Shown here: in pieces, positions 13,220-25,697 of the stretch
Layout: each line of letters opens with the position of its first letter
Numbering within the stretch: the stretch's first letter is position 1
From: Eledone cirrhosa
Taxonomy: Eukaryota
Assembly: GCA_964016885.1 (NCBI GenBank)
Contig: OZ024742.1
Location: 298,034,001 to 298,098,000, forward strand
DNA length: 64,000 nucleotides
Direction of reading: 5' to 3'
Position numbers and translations under genes: made by a program
Notes under the pieces: generated by a model
What the model saw: only the letters and a program-made list of their open reading frames with translations
What the model was told of the DNA's origin: nothing
Databases searched by the model: none

Positions 13220-13615
13220 CAGAGATTACATTGGCATGGGCACATGGTGAATGTGGATGAGGATCATTACATGAAGAAGTGCCAGAACTTCCAAGTGGAA
13301 AGAAGCTGCAGAAGAGGAAGACTAAAAACGACATGGACAGAAAGGGTGAGAGCTGAACACAGAATATTAAACCTCACAAAGAAGATGATAAAGGAAAGAA
13401 ACGCTATGCTCTAGCTTTACTGGAGAGCATTTTCTAACCTATGCAGGCATGGATAAACAGATGCCTTTCCTGACACTGTTCCATACTTAATATTAAGTAA
13501 GTGCCACTGAATTTCCAGGAACCACTACACTATTGAACATATTAATTATTAAAAAAGACACACATCACTGCTTGTTTTGTAAAAGTGCGTAAAAACGTCA
13601 ACGATGATGATGATA
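13220..13615 (+). mobile_element. Old RTE 3' fragment with ~70-bp flanking direct repeat
   Basis: Degenerate RLHWHGHMV... coding remnant and (GAT)n tail at ~13600. Flanks 13141-13219 and 13624-13695 are homologous. Confidence 0.7.
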
Positions 13616-16600
13616 AGACATGCACAACACTAAACCTTGTATATTTCTATAGAGCTAAAACCTCACATTCCCTTTTATAGCAATAGTAAATAATAAAGCA
13701 GTATAGCCAAGGCTGCATCACAAAGGTTGGATCTTTTCCCCTCATCTAATCTATAGTGAACAATCTCTAGATCTCTGTTACATGATGACCTAACATGCCT
13801 AACATTACATGCTGAAGGCATAAATCCTATCGCTATTCAGACTTCATAGTTGCTGTTTGCAAACAGAAATGAAAACATCAATTTATCAGCCGAAACATTC
13901 AATACTATGTAGAGAATGATATATGTTGGCTATGTGAACATCTTGGCACTATGGAATCAACTGCATTTAAAGAAGCTGTTATCTGATCTAAACGAATATT
14001 ACGTTATGGATTTGATAAATATTTTTGGTGGAGAATTCATATATCGTATATAAAATAACTGGCTACTTTCCAAACCAGAAATATAGTGAAATAAAGACAT
14101 TATTGGAACATTGAAGATATGCTTCACGAGCACCACTGTGTTTCCTCTAAGCTGTGTGTGGGTAGATACATACATATATTACAACCAGTGCACAAAGGAA
14201 ATTAATGTGTGCATAGAAAGTAAGTTGCCTAAAGTTTTCAATCCATTTCTGGATGAAGCTTCTGCAGCTGAATTGTTTTTTTTTGTTGTTGGGAGAAGCC
14301 ATTGCCATTGGCATCTAAAAGTAATTTGGACTTGGATTGCAAAGAGCTGGAACAGATACTGCAAGGCATCTTGTCTGACCTTAACAATTCTGTCAATCCA
14401 CCACTCTAGGTAGGCACTTTATCAATCCCAGAAAGATAAAAGGCAAAAATGATCTCAGCAGAGTTTGAACTTAGAATACAGAAAGCCAGAACAAATGCAT
14501 GAGGCATTTAATCAGACCCTCTACCAACTGCCAATTTACCACCAGGGCTCAATTTTTAATAATATTCTAGAAGTGATATACAAAAGAACCCAAAACATTT
14601 TACAGTACTTTACTATGCTTTATAGTGTATTCACTGTTTTTTGAACTCATAGTGCAGAGAGCCAGAACATATACAATGATCTAATGATTCTGCCAACTTG
14701 TTGCTTTTAAAATAATGCATTAATCAATAATCTTATTTATTAAACATCCAGTGTGCTTATACTCCTGTTACAAGAAAAATAAACTGTACAACATAGTTTT
14801 TTCTTACAGCAGACTACTAACGATTATAGGAAACACTGTCCACACCACTATCAATTATTGAGCTACAGAGGTATATCAATATCAATTATTGACCGACAGA
14901 TGTATATCAAATGTATTAAACAGCACTCATTTCATGAGAGACTAAAACCAAATTAAGTTAAAAAGATTCACAGTTGTTGTAACAAGATTTGGTATCAACC
15001 ACTCAACACTATCAATGATTTAACTGAATAGAACATGATAAAAAAAACTATTTAGCTGAGATATTTTACTGTCTAATGTCCATCTATTGCACTGGACATT
15101 AATACAGTCCACTTAACTTGCTTGAGATTTCTAATGAAAGACACTGCCTGTAATGTCCAAATAATTCTGAAAATAATGAAAAATCTGAAATGATGCTGTA
15201 AAATAATTAACTTTCTCATTATTAAATTAATGTTTGGAGGCTAACTTAAAGGTTCTTACTTAAAATTATGATGAAAGTTTTTATAGATACATATAAACAT
15301 TTAAAAATAAACAGCTTAATATCGTAGAACCAAGGGTGATTTCAGGCAGTTTGGTATCAAAAGGGTTTGCAGAATCCCATGGAGTTCACTAAAATATTTT
15401 TGGTGTCATAGAAAAAAGGGATTCGTTAAGATTTCCTCATTAAAGTTTGATAATTCTTCACAACATTCTTCAAGATAATCGAAAACTTATACTTTAATAT
15501 ATTATTCTTTTATAAAATTTTATAGTTTTAATAAAGGGAATATTAAAAAAATACTTTTTCAATTATGAAGTTTAAGGGTTCTCTATATAACCCCCCCCCC
15601 CCCCAGTAACCTAGCAGTTCGACAAAAGGAGATCGATAAAGTAAATACCAGACTTGATAAAAATAAGTACTGGGGTTGATATGATTGACCAAATCCCTTC
15701 AAGGCAGTGCCTGAGCATGTTTGTAGCTTAAACACTAAGACCAGTAAATGAATAAAAGAATGAAAAAATCTATGTGCAGCTGAATAAACAGTGCTATTAG
15801 GAAAGGTCATTTTTGTGAGCATATCTGAATGTTCAATACAATGTTTCAATAAAATACAAAGTAAAACTATAAAGTCTTCTCAGACTGAAGAATTCTATTG
15901 GATTAAAACCAAGTCAATAACAATTAGTTTAAATCAGTGAGGCATTGAGAACATTTGTGTTTTGTGCACCTCTAGCCTGAACAAGGTTTTATTCATTCAG
16001 GATAAGAATATAACTTTATTTCAGCATTGTATAATTTCTAAATGAATAAACAGAAAGTCACTGTGGAATGGTTCTCCATCAGTTTTGATGATGAGTGTTC
16101 CAGTTGTTTGATCAGCAGATCAGCCTACTTATAAAATTAACATGTAAGTGGCTGAGCATTCTACACACATGGGTACGTCTAACATAATTCTCAGTAAGAT
16201 TCAGTGTGATACAGAGTATAATAAGGCTGGTATTTTAATGATTTCGGTCTAACCAATTTCACTCTCATGGCATGGATCTACCTGAGACTATGATAGATGA
16301 GGATGGCCAAGATATCACAGAGTGAGATCGAACCTGAAACGTAATGATTGTGAAGTGAACCTCCTAACAATTAAGCCATGCTTCACCCATAGAAATTCAC
16401 TAAATTTTGGAACATTGACATCAGAATAGTTAACACCACAAGATACTTTTAAACTATCAATGTTCCAAAATTGTCATAACCATATGGTGTATATTAACTA
16501 AAGAAAGATTGCATTGCTTAAACAGACTTATGCCACATTAGATACTGCATAGTGAGAAAATTACTTTTCAAGGAGTAGGCATGGATGACACACACTTAAC

Positions 16601-16734
16601 TGTGTAGTTAAGCAGTTTGCTTTGTAACCACATAGTTTTTATCTTGATCCCATTTTAAAGGGTTTCTATCTAAATTAAGATTTTCAACATAATTTTTGTT
16701 GAACTTTTTGTTACAAGTACTAACATAATAATGA

Positions 16735-16951
16735 TTTCTACTATAGGCATAAGGCCAGCAATTTTAAGGGGAGGAGGAAAGTCAATTAAATCGACTCCAG
16801 TGCATTACAGGTGCTTTATCTTATCGATCCTGTAAGGATGAAAGACGAAGCTAACCTCAGTGGGATTTGAACTCAGAATGTAAAGGGGTGTAACTTTATG
16901 CCGTGACGCATGTTGTCCAATGCTATACTAACCCTGCCAATCCACTGCCCT
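16735..16951 (-). mobile_element. tRNA-derived SINE (abundant family) with 17-bp TSD
   Basis: Minus strand has B-box gagttcaaatccc and core tttcatcctt...tcgataa; flanked by tactaacataataatga on both sides. Related copies at ~12875, ~14415, ~47450, 49075-49475, 55450-55900 and 56120-56335. Confidence 0.75.
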
Positions 16952-18618
16952 CTAATACTAACATAATAATGAAGTAATTAATAATTTTAGTATATCACTA
17001 CAAATTCTCCATTCATTAATTGAAATACAATTTATTTCCCTAGAAATATGGTAATGAAAGGCTGAAGAGAAAATTATTTTATATGCAAACATTTGGACAA
17101 CTAGTTAATATATAAGCACAAACGAAAATAAAAATAGCCATTACATGATGGAGAAACTATTTTAGTCATTAAAATACAGAAAAAATATATTCATTTTTCA
17201 TTTGTTTTTAGTGCTAACATTTAAGTTGCATTTTTGAAACCCTTTCACTTGATACCATGAAATAAATGAAAAGTGATTCAAACAGACAAAAAATGCTGTA
17301 CAGTTAAACTATAGAATCCGTGCTCTTGTTTACCCAGTCCACTCAGTAAATTAGTAGTTTTGGTGCAATAATAAAATACTCCAAAGCAAAACTGTAAAGT
17401 GGTACTGCTGGTGCCATTATAAAAAGTACCCAGTCCATCTTGCAAGGTGGTAGTGTTCGCACCATAATAAAATGTTCTTACTACATGTAGTTGGCATTAG
17501 GAAGGACACACAGCCCTAGAACCTATGCCAAAACTGAGCTAGATTGGTTCTGTCAAGCCTAATAACATGACAACTCATCTAACCCATGCAAGTATGAAAA
17601 ATAGTCATTAAATGATGATGATAATTCATGAGAGTTTGAGATAGATTTTCTGAATAAATACTAAATATTTTTCATTAAAATATTTGCTAAACTCCTCAAA
17701 ATGTATAATACAACTTTTAAACCTATTCTCATGTGGCATCAGAATCTACACTTCAGACATCAATGCAAATTGTTATCTTTAATTTAACAAAACAAACAAA
17801 AAATTAAAAAACTAAAAATGAGAAATGCAAGCTTGAAACTAGATCAAGCAATGCAAAGTGTACATTTTTTTAAAAGTTGTTTTCTTCTTAAAACTCTGAT
17901 CATATATGTGAATGGACTATTCAATCCAGAGCTAATAACCTATTTCATATAAAATGCTTTTTTTTTTCCAAGGTAGAAAAATGTTCTATTCATAAAGTAG
18001 TTGATAACAATAAAGAAATGAAACAGCTGAGTGTGTTATCAGTGAAAGGATGACTCAGATAATGAAAAGTAATTTCATAGATTTGATAGTTTTTGAATTC
18101 AGTTATTTTCTTTTGTGTGATAAGCATACTCAATTATTGAAGTAATGTTCTCAGATTGACTCTCTATGATGTGTGTGAAAGTGAGTTTGTGTATGCTTAT
18201 ATATACACATGGCTGTGCAGAAAAACACATAAATGTGTAGATATACAGTCTAGAATGAACAGATATACATGTACACATATACACACGCATTAATATGTAG
18301 ACATACACACAATATACATACATAAATATACATGAATACGTTGACAAACACACATGCATGTAAACAAATATCTATACATATGCACCAAAAGATATACAAA
18401 TATGAATATATATGTGTGTGTGTGAAAACCCAATGTTATTGATCCAGCAGCGAGAAAGTAGTGTTCTTATAATGTTAATAAAATAGGTTATTCATACACA
18501 CCTCACATCTGTTGCTCCTAAGTCAAAGCAAAGTAAAGTTTGGCTACCAAAAAAGATTTGATGTCTTTTATAAATTCATTCACGTCATAACCATACACAA
18601 ATTGAAAATCTTTTCTAG

Positions 18619-18647
18619 GTGAAACACGTGTTCTCAAGTATGGTTTG
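18619..18647 (+). CDS. Candidate 29-nt micro-exon ((C)ETRVLKYGL)
   Basis: Acceptor tcttttctag, donor gtaatt, phase 1 to 0; in frame with 5991-6037. Confidence 0.3.
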
Positions 18648-19051
18648 GTAATTGTTGTGGAATTAACTTCTCTCTCTCTCTCTCACTCTCTCTCTCTCTC
18701 TCATATATATATATGTGTGCGTGTGTATGTGTGTTTGTGTGTGTAATATACACATGTTTGAAAGACAGAATAAGTAATATTTGGATCTGTTTTATTTTTT
18801 CTTCAAAGTTATGTCTGCAGATTATATATAAAAGTATCATGTGTGTTTGTGTGTGTGATTATCTACTTTTTTCTGCTTCAAGGGGTTATATCCTCGATTT
18901 ATTCACAAATAATCCATAGTGATAATAATTCATGCATCATAGTTTTCTTGCTCAATAGTAAAAAAATGTTACTTTGAAATATATATATAAATAGGATTCC
19001 TGATTTGTCATCGGCTCACATAGCCTTGAGGCAGATCAAGAGACAATGAAT

Positions 19052-19095
<44 letters not shown>

Positions 19096-19097
<2 letters not shown>

Positions 19098-19290
19098 TGG
19101 GGGTGATGAAAAGTACCTGGATTTAAGGGTATCACAAAAGGATAGAGTTGATACCTTTAGAGAGGAGATAGGACTACTGCAATAAGTGTGTGAATCTGAG
19201 ATGGAAATATGTTGAATAAAATCATAATTAGCTGATCCTCCTGTACTTTCTTTTACCTAAAGCCAGGAACTTTTCAGCATCACCTCATGT
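19096..19290 (+). mobile_element. mariner-derived MITE
   Basis: Imperfect TIRs (ggggtgatgaaaagtacctggattta / taaagccaggaacttttcagcatcacc), TA flanks, and a transposase C-terminal remnant KCVNLR..YVE*. Confidence 0.65.
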
Positions 19291-19463
19291 ATGTGTGTGT
19301 GTGTATGTGATATAACTTTGCATACTTTCTTCTGTTGAAGGACTAGCATCCGAAATGTTGAAATCCTCTTCCCTCTTCCTGCTATTTCAAGCATTAAACT
19401 AATATATTCCATGTACTGTGCCATTTATTTTGTTATTTTTATTATTTCTGGTTACCTTTTACA

Positions 19464-19497
<34 letters not shown>

Positions 19498-19503
<6 letters not shown>

Positions 19504-19695
19504 AGCAAAACACAGTCATCTAACCAGGTTTGTCTTGCAACAGATGGACGTTAAACGATGATGATGCTGATATATATATATATATATATATCAGCATCAT
19601 CATCGTTTAACGTCCATTTTCTACACAGGCATAAGTTAGACAAGCTGTTCTGTTGCAAGACAAACCTGGTTAGATGACTGTGTTTTGCTCACACA
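19498..19695. repeat. Fold-back inverted duplication centred on a (TA)n tract
   Basis: 19498-19570 is the reverse complement of 19591-19695, lacking ~31 bp of the right arm. Confidence 0.9.
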
Positions 19696-19946
19696 GAACT
19701 GATTTTGGCTCTTTCAAAACAAAGTGAGTAAAGTTCTACTGAAGACGGTAGAGAAGTTCAAATATCTTGGGGCTGTGTTCATGAGTGATGGAAGGCAGGA
19801 GGCTGAATAGTCTTGGTTTAACAATAGGGCTCACATGTTTCTAAATAATATCTACACTTTACTTTCTTTATAATATAGAATACTAAGTTGAATAATGGTC
19901 TTACTGGTTTGGATTAGTAACATCTTTTCCATATATATATATATAT

Positions 19947-20425
19947 ATTGTTATACTTGGAGAGGGTCATATTTGTGTAATATTGTCAGAATTAATAACA
20001 GACACACTCAATGTTTGGTTGGTTTTCGCTTTTCGCTTCTGTGCCTTTTATATCGGTAATCTAATTTATTCGGTGTAGATGGCGTAGAAAATACAATGCA
20101 ACAGGAGGAAACAATAGCACCACTGATGATGTTGCAGATGTGCAACGAAAGAACTTTGATAAACTATATATATGTGCTTGTGTCTATATTGTATCTGTAT
20201 TATTTTTGACCGTTGGTCAGTCAATGGCAACATTGAGGACCGAATAAATTAGATTACCGATATAAAAGACACAGAAGCGAAAAGCGAAAACCAACCAAGC
20301 AGTGAGTGTGTTCTGTTATTAATTCTGACAATATTACACAAATATGACCCTCCCCAAGTATAACAATATTTGTTTCGACACACGATTTCATATAAAAAAC
20401 CTCGCAAAACTAATTCATCGCCGTT
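19947..20425 (+). mobile_element. Small non-autonomous hammerhead-bearing element (Penelope-like pLTR/retrozyme-like) with inverted 5' arm
   Basis: 19947-20072 is an inverted copy of 20240-20368. A unique tail ends aattcatcgccgt at a TA run. A homolog lies in the opposite orientation at 27724-28066. Confidence 0.7.
20119..20160 (+). ncRNA. Minimal type I hammerhead ribozyme motif (stem I imperfect)
   Basis: acca CUGAUGA u GUUGCA gaug UGCAAC GAAA gaac UU ugau. Confidence 0.6.
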
Positions 20426-20435
20426 ATATATATAT

Positions 20436-22628
20436 ATCATCATCATCATCATCATCATCATTTTACGTCCGCTTTTCCCTGCTTGCAAGGGTGGGACGGG
20501 TCTTATTCAGCACAGCATCTCTCCACTCATCATGGTCCCTCGTCATCTCCACCGTGAGCTTCAATGATCTGAGGTCTGTTCTTACCACCTCCGCCCATGT
20601 TTTTCGTGGTTTACCTCTACCACATCTTCCTTCAACTGGCAATTCCTGGCACTTCTTCACGCATCGGTCATCCTCCATGCGCATCACATGTCCATACCAC
20701 CTCAGTCTCCTCTCCCGTACACTACATTCTATCCCTCTCAGACACAGTTTCTCTCTCAACACATTTATGCTGGGTCGTTCACGCACATTTACACTGCACA
20801 TCCAACGGAGCATGCTTACCTCATTTCTCTCCAGCCGTCGCATATCCTCTGCAGTTGCTGCCCATGTCTCACTACCATGCAGCATCGTGCTCCTCACACA
20901 GGCATCATACAACCAGCCTTTCGTACGCAGGGAGAAACCCTTCTTCGTCAACAGAGGAAACAGCTCCCTAAACTTCTTCCAACCCGTCCTTATTCTAGAT
21001 ACTATGGCCTCGGAACACCCTCCTCCCATGCTAATCTGATCTCCTAGGTACCGGAAGCTATCCACCACTTCTATAGCGCCCTCCTGCATTTGAAAAATGT
21101 GTCTATCAATGCGACTTCTACTGTCTAATTTCCCTGTACATCTACTGCATACATATTTCTCCCTACCTGTTAGTTTGCCTGCTATCCCGCTACATCTCTT
21201 GTGTACCCAGGATCTGCATTGTGTGCATTTTATAGAATTTATGCCAGTTCCTTTTCTGCATATCGAACATGGCCATTTCCCTGACGGAATCAGGGTTTTG
21301 TCCTCTTTTCTACTCATCACACTTTTGTCTTAGTTAGATTCACTCTCAGTCCTCTTGCTTCCAACTGCTGTTTCCATAGCCAGAATTTATTCTCTAGCTC
21401 CTCTACTGATTCTGCTATAAGAACCAGATCGTCAGCATAGAGAAGTTCCCATGGACAGCCAGTCTTAAACTCCTCTGTTATGGCTTGGAGGACTATAATG
21501 AACAAGAGCGGGCTGAGGACCGAACCCTGATGTACTCCTACTTGTATCTGGAATTCCTCACTAAACTCCATTCCCACCCTGACTTTACTGAGAGTACCTC
21601 TGTACAAAGTTTGCACTGTCCTCACAAGCCATTCCTCAACACCCAGCTTCCTTAGGGACCACCAGATGACAGATCGGAGTACTCTATCAAAGGCCTTCTC
21701 TAGGTCAACAAAGGCTAAGTATAGTGGCTTATTCTTCTCTAAGAACCTCTCTTGCAATTGTCTCACCAAGAAGAGGATATCTGTTGTACTCTTCCCAGGC
21801 ACAAAACCAAACTGCATCTCATCTAGTTTGACCCTTTCTCTAATTAGTTGTGCTAAGATCCTTTCTGCCACTTTCATAACCTGATCTATCAGTTTTATAC
21901 CCCTATAATTGCTCCTCTCCAAAGCATCCCCTTTACCTTTGTAGCAATTTATGAGAATACTGCTGCACCAGTCTTTGGGTATGACACCACCAAATATAGC
22001 CTGATTGATGATGCGTGCAACCAGTTTAGTGCCTACATCCCCTGATACCTTCAGCATCTCAGCAACTATTCCCGATGGTCCGGCAGCCTTACCATTTTTC
22101 ATTTCCCTAATCGCCTCTTGGACCCTATATTCGTCAATCTCAATAGCTGGTCCCTCTGTCGGATCTACCAGGGGTAATTTCTCTCTCTCCCATTTGTTCT
22201 CCACATTCATCAGTCTCTCATAATGACATTTCCAGGCCTCCTTTTTCTGATCATTCATGACACTAAGTACACCGACATCATCCCGGACTCATTTATCTCC
22301 AACAACATCCTGATTTGCATTAACACACTGCCTTGCAATGTGGAACACCGCACACCTCTGATCTTCCCGTCACAGAACATTGGCAAACCTCCTACTCTCT
22401 GCCTCCCTGCGTGCTAAGAACACCTGACGTCTAGCTTCTCTCTTAGAGAATATTCTTGTATATTCTTCCCTACTCCCACCCTTTTTCCAAGCCTTCCATG
22501 CTAGTCTTTTGTCTCTAATAGCCTTATCTACTGTGCTGTTACACCACCAGGTCACTCTCTGTCTGGTTGGAGCTCTGTTCCAGCCACAAGTTTCATCAGT
22601 AGCCTGCAGCAAGTTGTCACGTAAGAAA
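20436..22628 (-). mobile_element. 5'-truncated RTE LINE, subfamily C, frameshifted
   Basis: ORFs 21317-22258 (RT core, YADD) and 20463-21320 (PHD finger, C-terminus) are split by a frameshift at ~21318; the stop codon runs directly into the (ATG)n tail. Confidence 0.93.
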
Positions 22629-22649
22629 TATATATATATATATATATAT

Positions 22650-22902
22650 GGTATGATGGTATGGACATGTGATGTGCATGGACATTGAGCATTAGGTGAA
22701 GTGCCAGGAAATGCCAGTAGAAGGAAGACACAGCAGAGGTAGACCAAGAAAGGCCTGAGCAGAGGTTGTGAGAGCTGACCTCAAATCACTGAGACTCACA
22801 GAGGAGATGACAAAACAATGCGATATGTGGATAAATGCTGTGCTGAAGAAGATGCATACAACCCAAACAAGCATGGAAAAATGGACGTAAAAACTATGAT
22901 GA
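22650..22902 (+). mobile_element. Degenerate RTE subfamily C 3' fragment
   Basis: Encodes WYGHVM...VEGR..RGRPRK..EVVRADL and ends ggacgtaaaa..atgatgat. Confidence 0.8.
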
Positions 22903-23541
22903 TATGTATAATGCTGATAACTAGGGTGTTTATCTGTGAAGGTTATGTTGTAACATTGTGAACATAATCCAGTTTAAGCAGTCCAAAAGCACTCCACATC
23001 AGCAGTCCATTCCCAGTGAAATGGTGGTGATTATATGTGGTGGAGTTTCCATTTACGAAATATAGTTAAGGCAGTGTTACTTTTACATAATTATTTTATT
23101 ATTTCATATATAAAACAAGAGTAATTGTTTGATAGATGAAATTGGTAAAGTTAAGCCCAAAATTTTCTCATAGTGTTTCAACAATCACATATTAGATCAA
23201 ACAGATTCATTCAAAATGTAATCTACTGGGTAAAGAAATTCAGATTATTGTACAAGTGCTAATACACAAACCATTTAAATAATAAAGTCAAGAATTCATC
23301 AAAGTTTCCTAAGTAGACTTTCTTCAACATTAAAAAAAATACTTTTAAATATATGCTATAATCCATCTTAGTATATGGATTTACTTTGTTATACTGGATT
23401 GCAGCTTCATTCAATATCTTCCATTAGCCATCTTCTTTGCATTTCATTTGTTTAAATGTGCATTAGACAGGTAAAAATGTCTTAAATTCCTTCTAAATTT
23501 GTGAATTCATTGAACGCACAAATATCTCTCTCTCTCTCTCT

Positions 23542-25390
23542 TCATCATCATCATCATCATCAACGTTTAACGTCCGTGTTCCACGCTTGCATGGGTTTGG
23601 ACGGGGGTAGTTCCACTTGAGGCAAGAGTGATTGTCTTGCTCGCATAGGACTGTCTGGCGGGTTTTCTACAGCTAGATGCCCTTCCTAACACCAACCACA
23701 TTTACAGTGTGGGTCTGGGAGGTTTTTACCGTGTTGCCTACACGGCCACATTACAGCGTGGACTGTGTGTTTTTTTGTCGTGACACCTACACGATCTCAT
23801 TTGTTTCGGCCTGGATGGCGCGGCACCAACATAACTTTACATAGAACGGGGTGGTGTGGATGGGGTGGGGGTGGTGGTGGTGGGACGGGGTGTATTTTGT
23901 TAGAGATGCCTACTGGCTGGAGTAGGTTTTACTATATATTTAGGTAAGGCGGGTCTTCTCTGTTACTGAGTACCGCCAAAGGTCTCGGTCCAGTGACATT
24001 GTCTTGGAGAGGTGTAAGTGTGTGATGTCGGAGTTTATCAGCTCGTCCCAGGTTTTTCTAGGTCTGCCGATTCCGTGACTACCGTCTATCTTTATTGCCC
24101 TGCACTTTGTTACACAGCTATCGACTTTCATGCGCATCACGTGTCCATACCAACGTAGCCTTCTCTCGAGTAAACAACATCTGATCCCTCTTATCTCTAA
24201 TTTTTTCCTTAGTTCGTTTATGCTTTGCCGTTCACGTATATTACTGTTACACATCCAGTGGAGCATGCAAGCTTCGTTCCTCTCTAGTCTGCGTATATCC
24301 TCTGCACACAATGCCCAGGTCTCACTGCCATGCAGCATTGCTGTTCGTATGCAGGCATCGTACAACCTACCTTTCATTTTTAAGGAGAACCCTTTAGCAG
24401 CTAATAGTGGTATAAGCTCTCTGAACTTTTTCCAACCAGTTCTGACTCTAGCTACAGTACTTTCAGAGCACCCTCCCCCACTGCTGATTTTATCGCCCAG
24501 GTAACGGAAGCTGTCCACTATTTCTATAGAACCCTCTGCGCAATTGAAAGAGCTAGTATTTTGTGGGCACTTGCTGCTACTTATTGCACCAGAACACCGG
24601 CCACATGTAAAATCTATGTTCTTAGTTAGCTTACCTGTGATCCCACTACATCTTTTATGCACCCATACTTTGCATTTAGGACATAAAATGGAGTTTCTAC
24701 CTACGCCTTTCCTACACACCGAGCACGACCATTTCCCAGAAGGGATCGCCGCCTTGTTTTCTTTCCTACAAACTAGTACTTTGGTCTTAGCCAGGTTAAT
24801 TTTAAGTCCTTTTGACTCTAGGCCGTGCTTCCATGTTTGGAATTTCTTCTCTAGCTCGGCCATTGATTCCGCTATGAGTGTCAGGTCGTCTGCGTATAGG
24901 AGTTCCCATGGGCAGCCTGTCTTGAACTCCTCTGTTATAGCCTGAAGGGCAATAATAAATAGTAGGGGGCTGAGAACAGAGCCCTGATGGACGCCAACTT
25001 TTACGCTAAACTCTTCACTATATTCGTTGTTAATTCTAACCTTGCTGACTGTTTCTTTATACATGGCTTGTATAGCCCTCACAAGCCATTCGTCAATGCC
25101 TAGTTTTCTAAGAGCCCACCAGATAATGGAGCGGGGGACTCTGTCGAAGGCTTTCTCCAAGTCGACAAAAGCTAAGTAGAGGGGTTTACCTTTAGCTTGG
25201 TACTTCTCCTGTAGTTGTCGTACTATGAAAAGAGCGTCTGTGGTACTTTTGCCTGACACAAACCCGAACTGCATTTCATCTAGGTCAATTCTCTCTCTGA
25301 TTAGTTGCGCTATTACTTTTTCTGTGACCTTCATGACCTGGTCGATTAATTTAATGCCTCTATAGTTACTCCTATCTAGGGCGTCTCCTT
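23542..25390 (-). mobile_element. RTE subfamily A copy A1 (5'-truncated; ORF 23940-25334)
   Basis: RT with YADD, PHD finger, 3' UTR, and (CAT)n tail on the + strand. Confidence 0.95.
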
Positions 25391-25697
25391 ATATATATCC
25401 ATGTAATGTATATATACATATATACTGAGAGAGAGAGAGAGGGGGGGGATAGACAACATTGATAGATGCATTTTAGAACATATAGAATATTTGTTGCCGA
25501 ATTCCAACTATTTCTAGATTTCTAGGGAAACATCTCTCTTGTTTGCTTACTAATCCTCTGCATTTTCTATATTCAAAGACTACATTCTTCATTAACCTGC
25601 CTGAGATCCGTACCATTTACAGTATCATATATTTCAAATATATTGGCATATATCTTTTACAGAATATATATATACACACACATATATATATATATAT

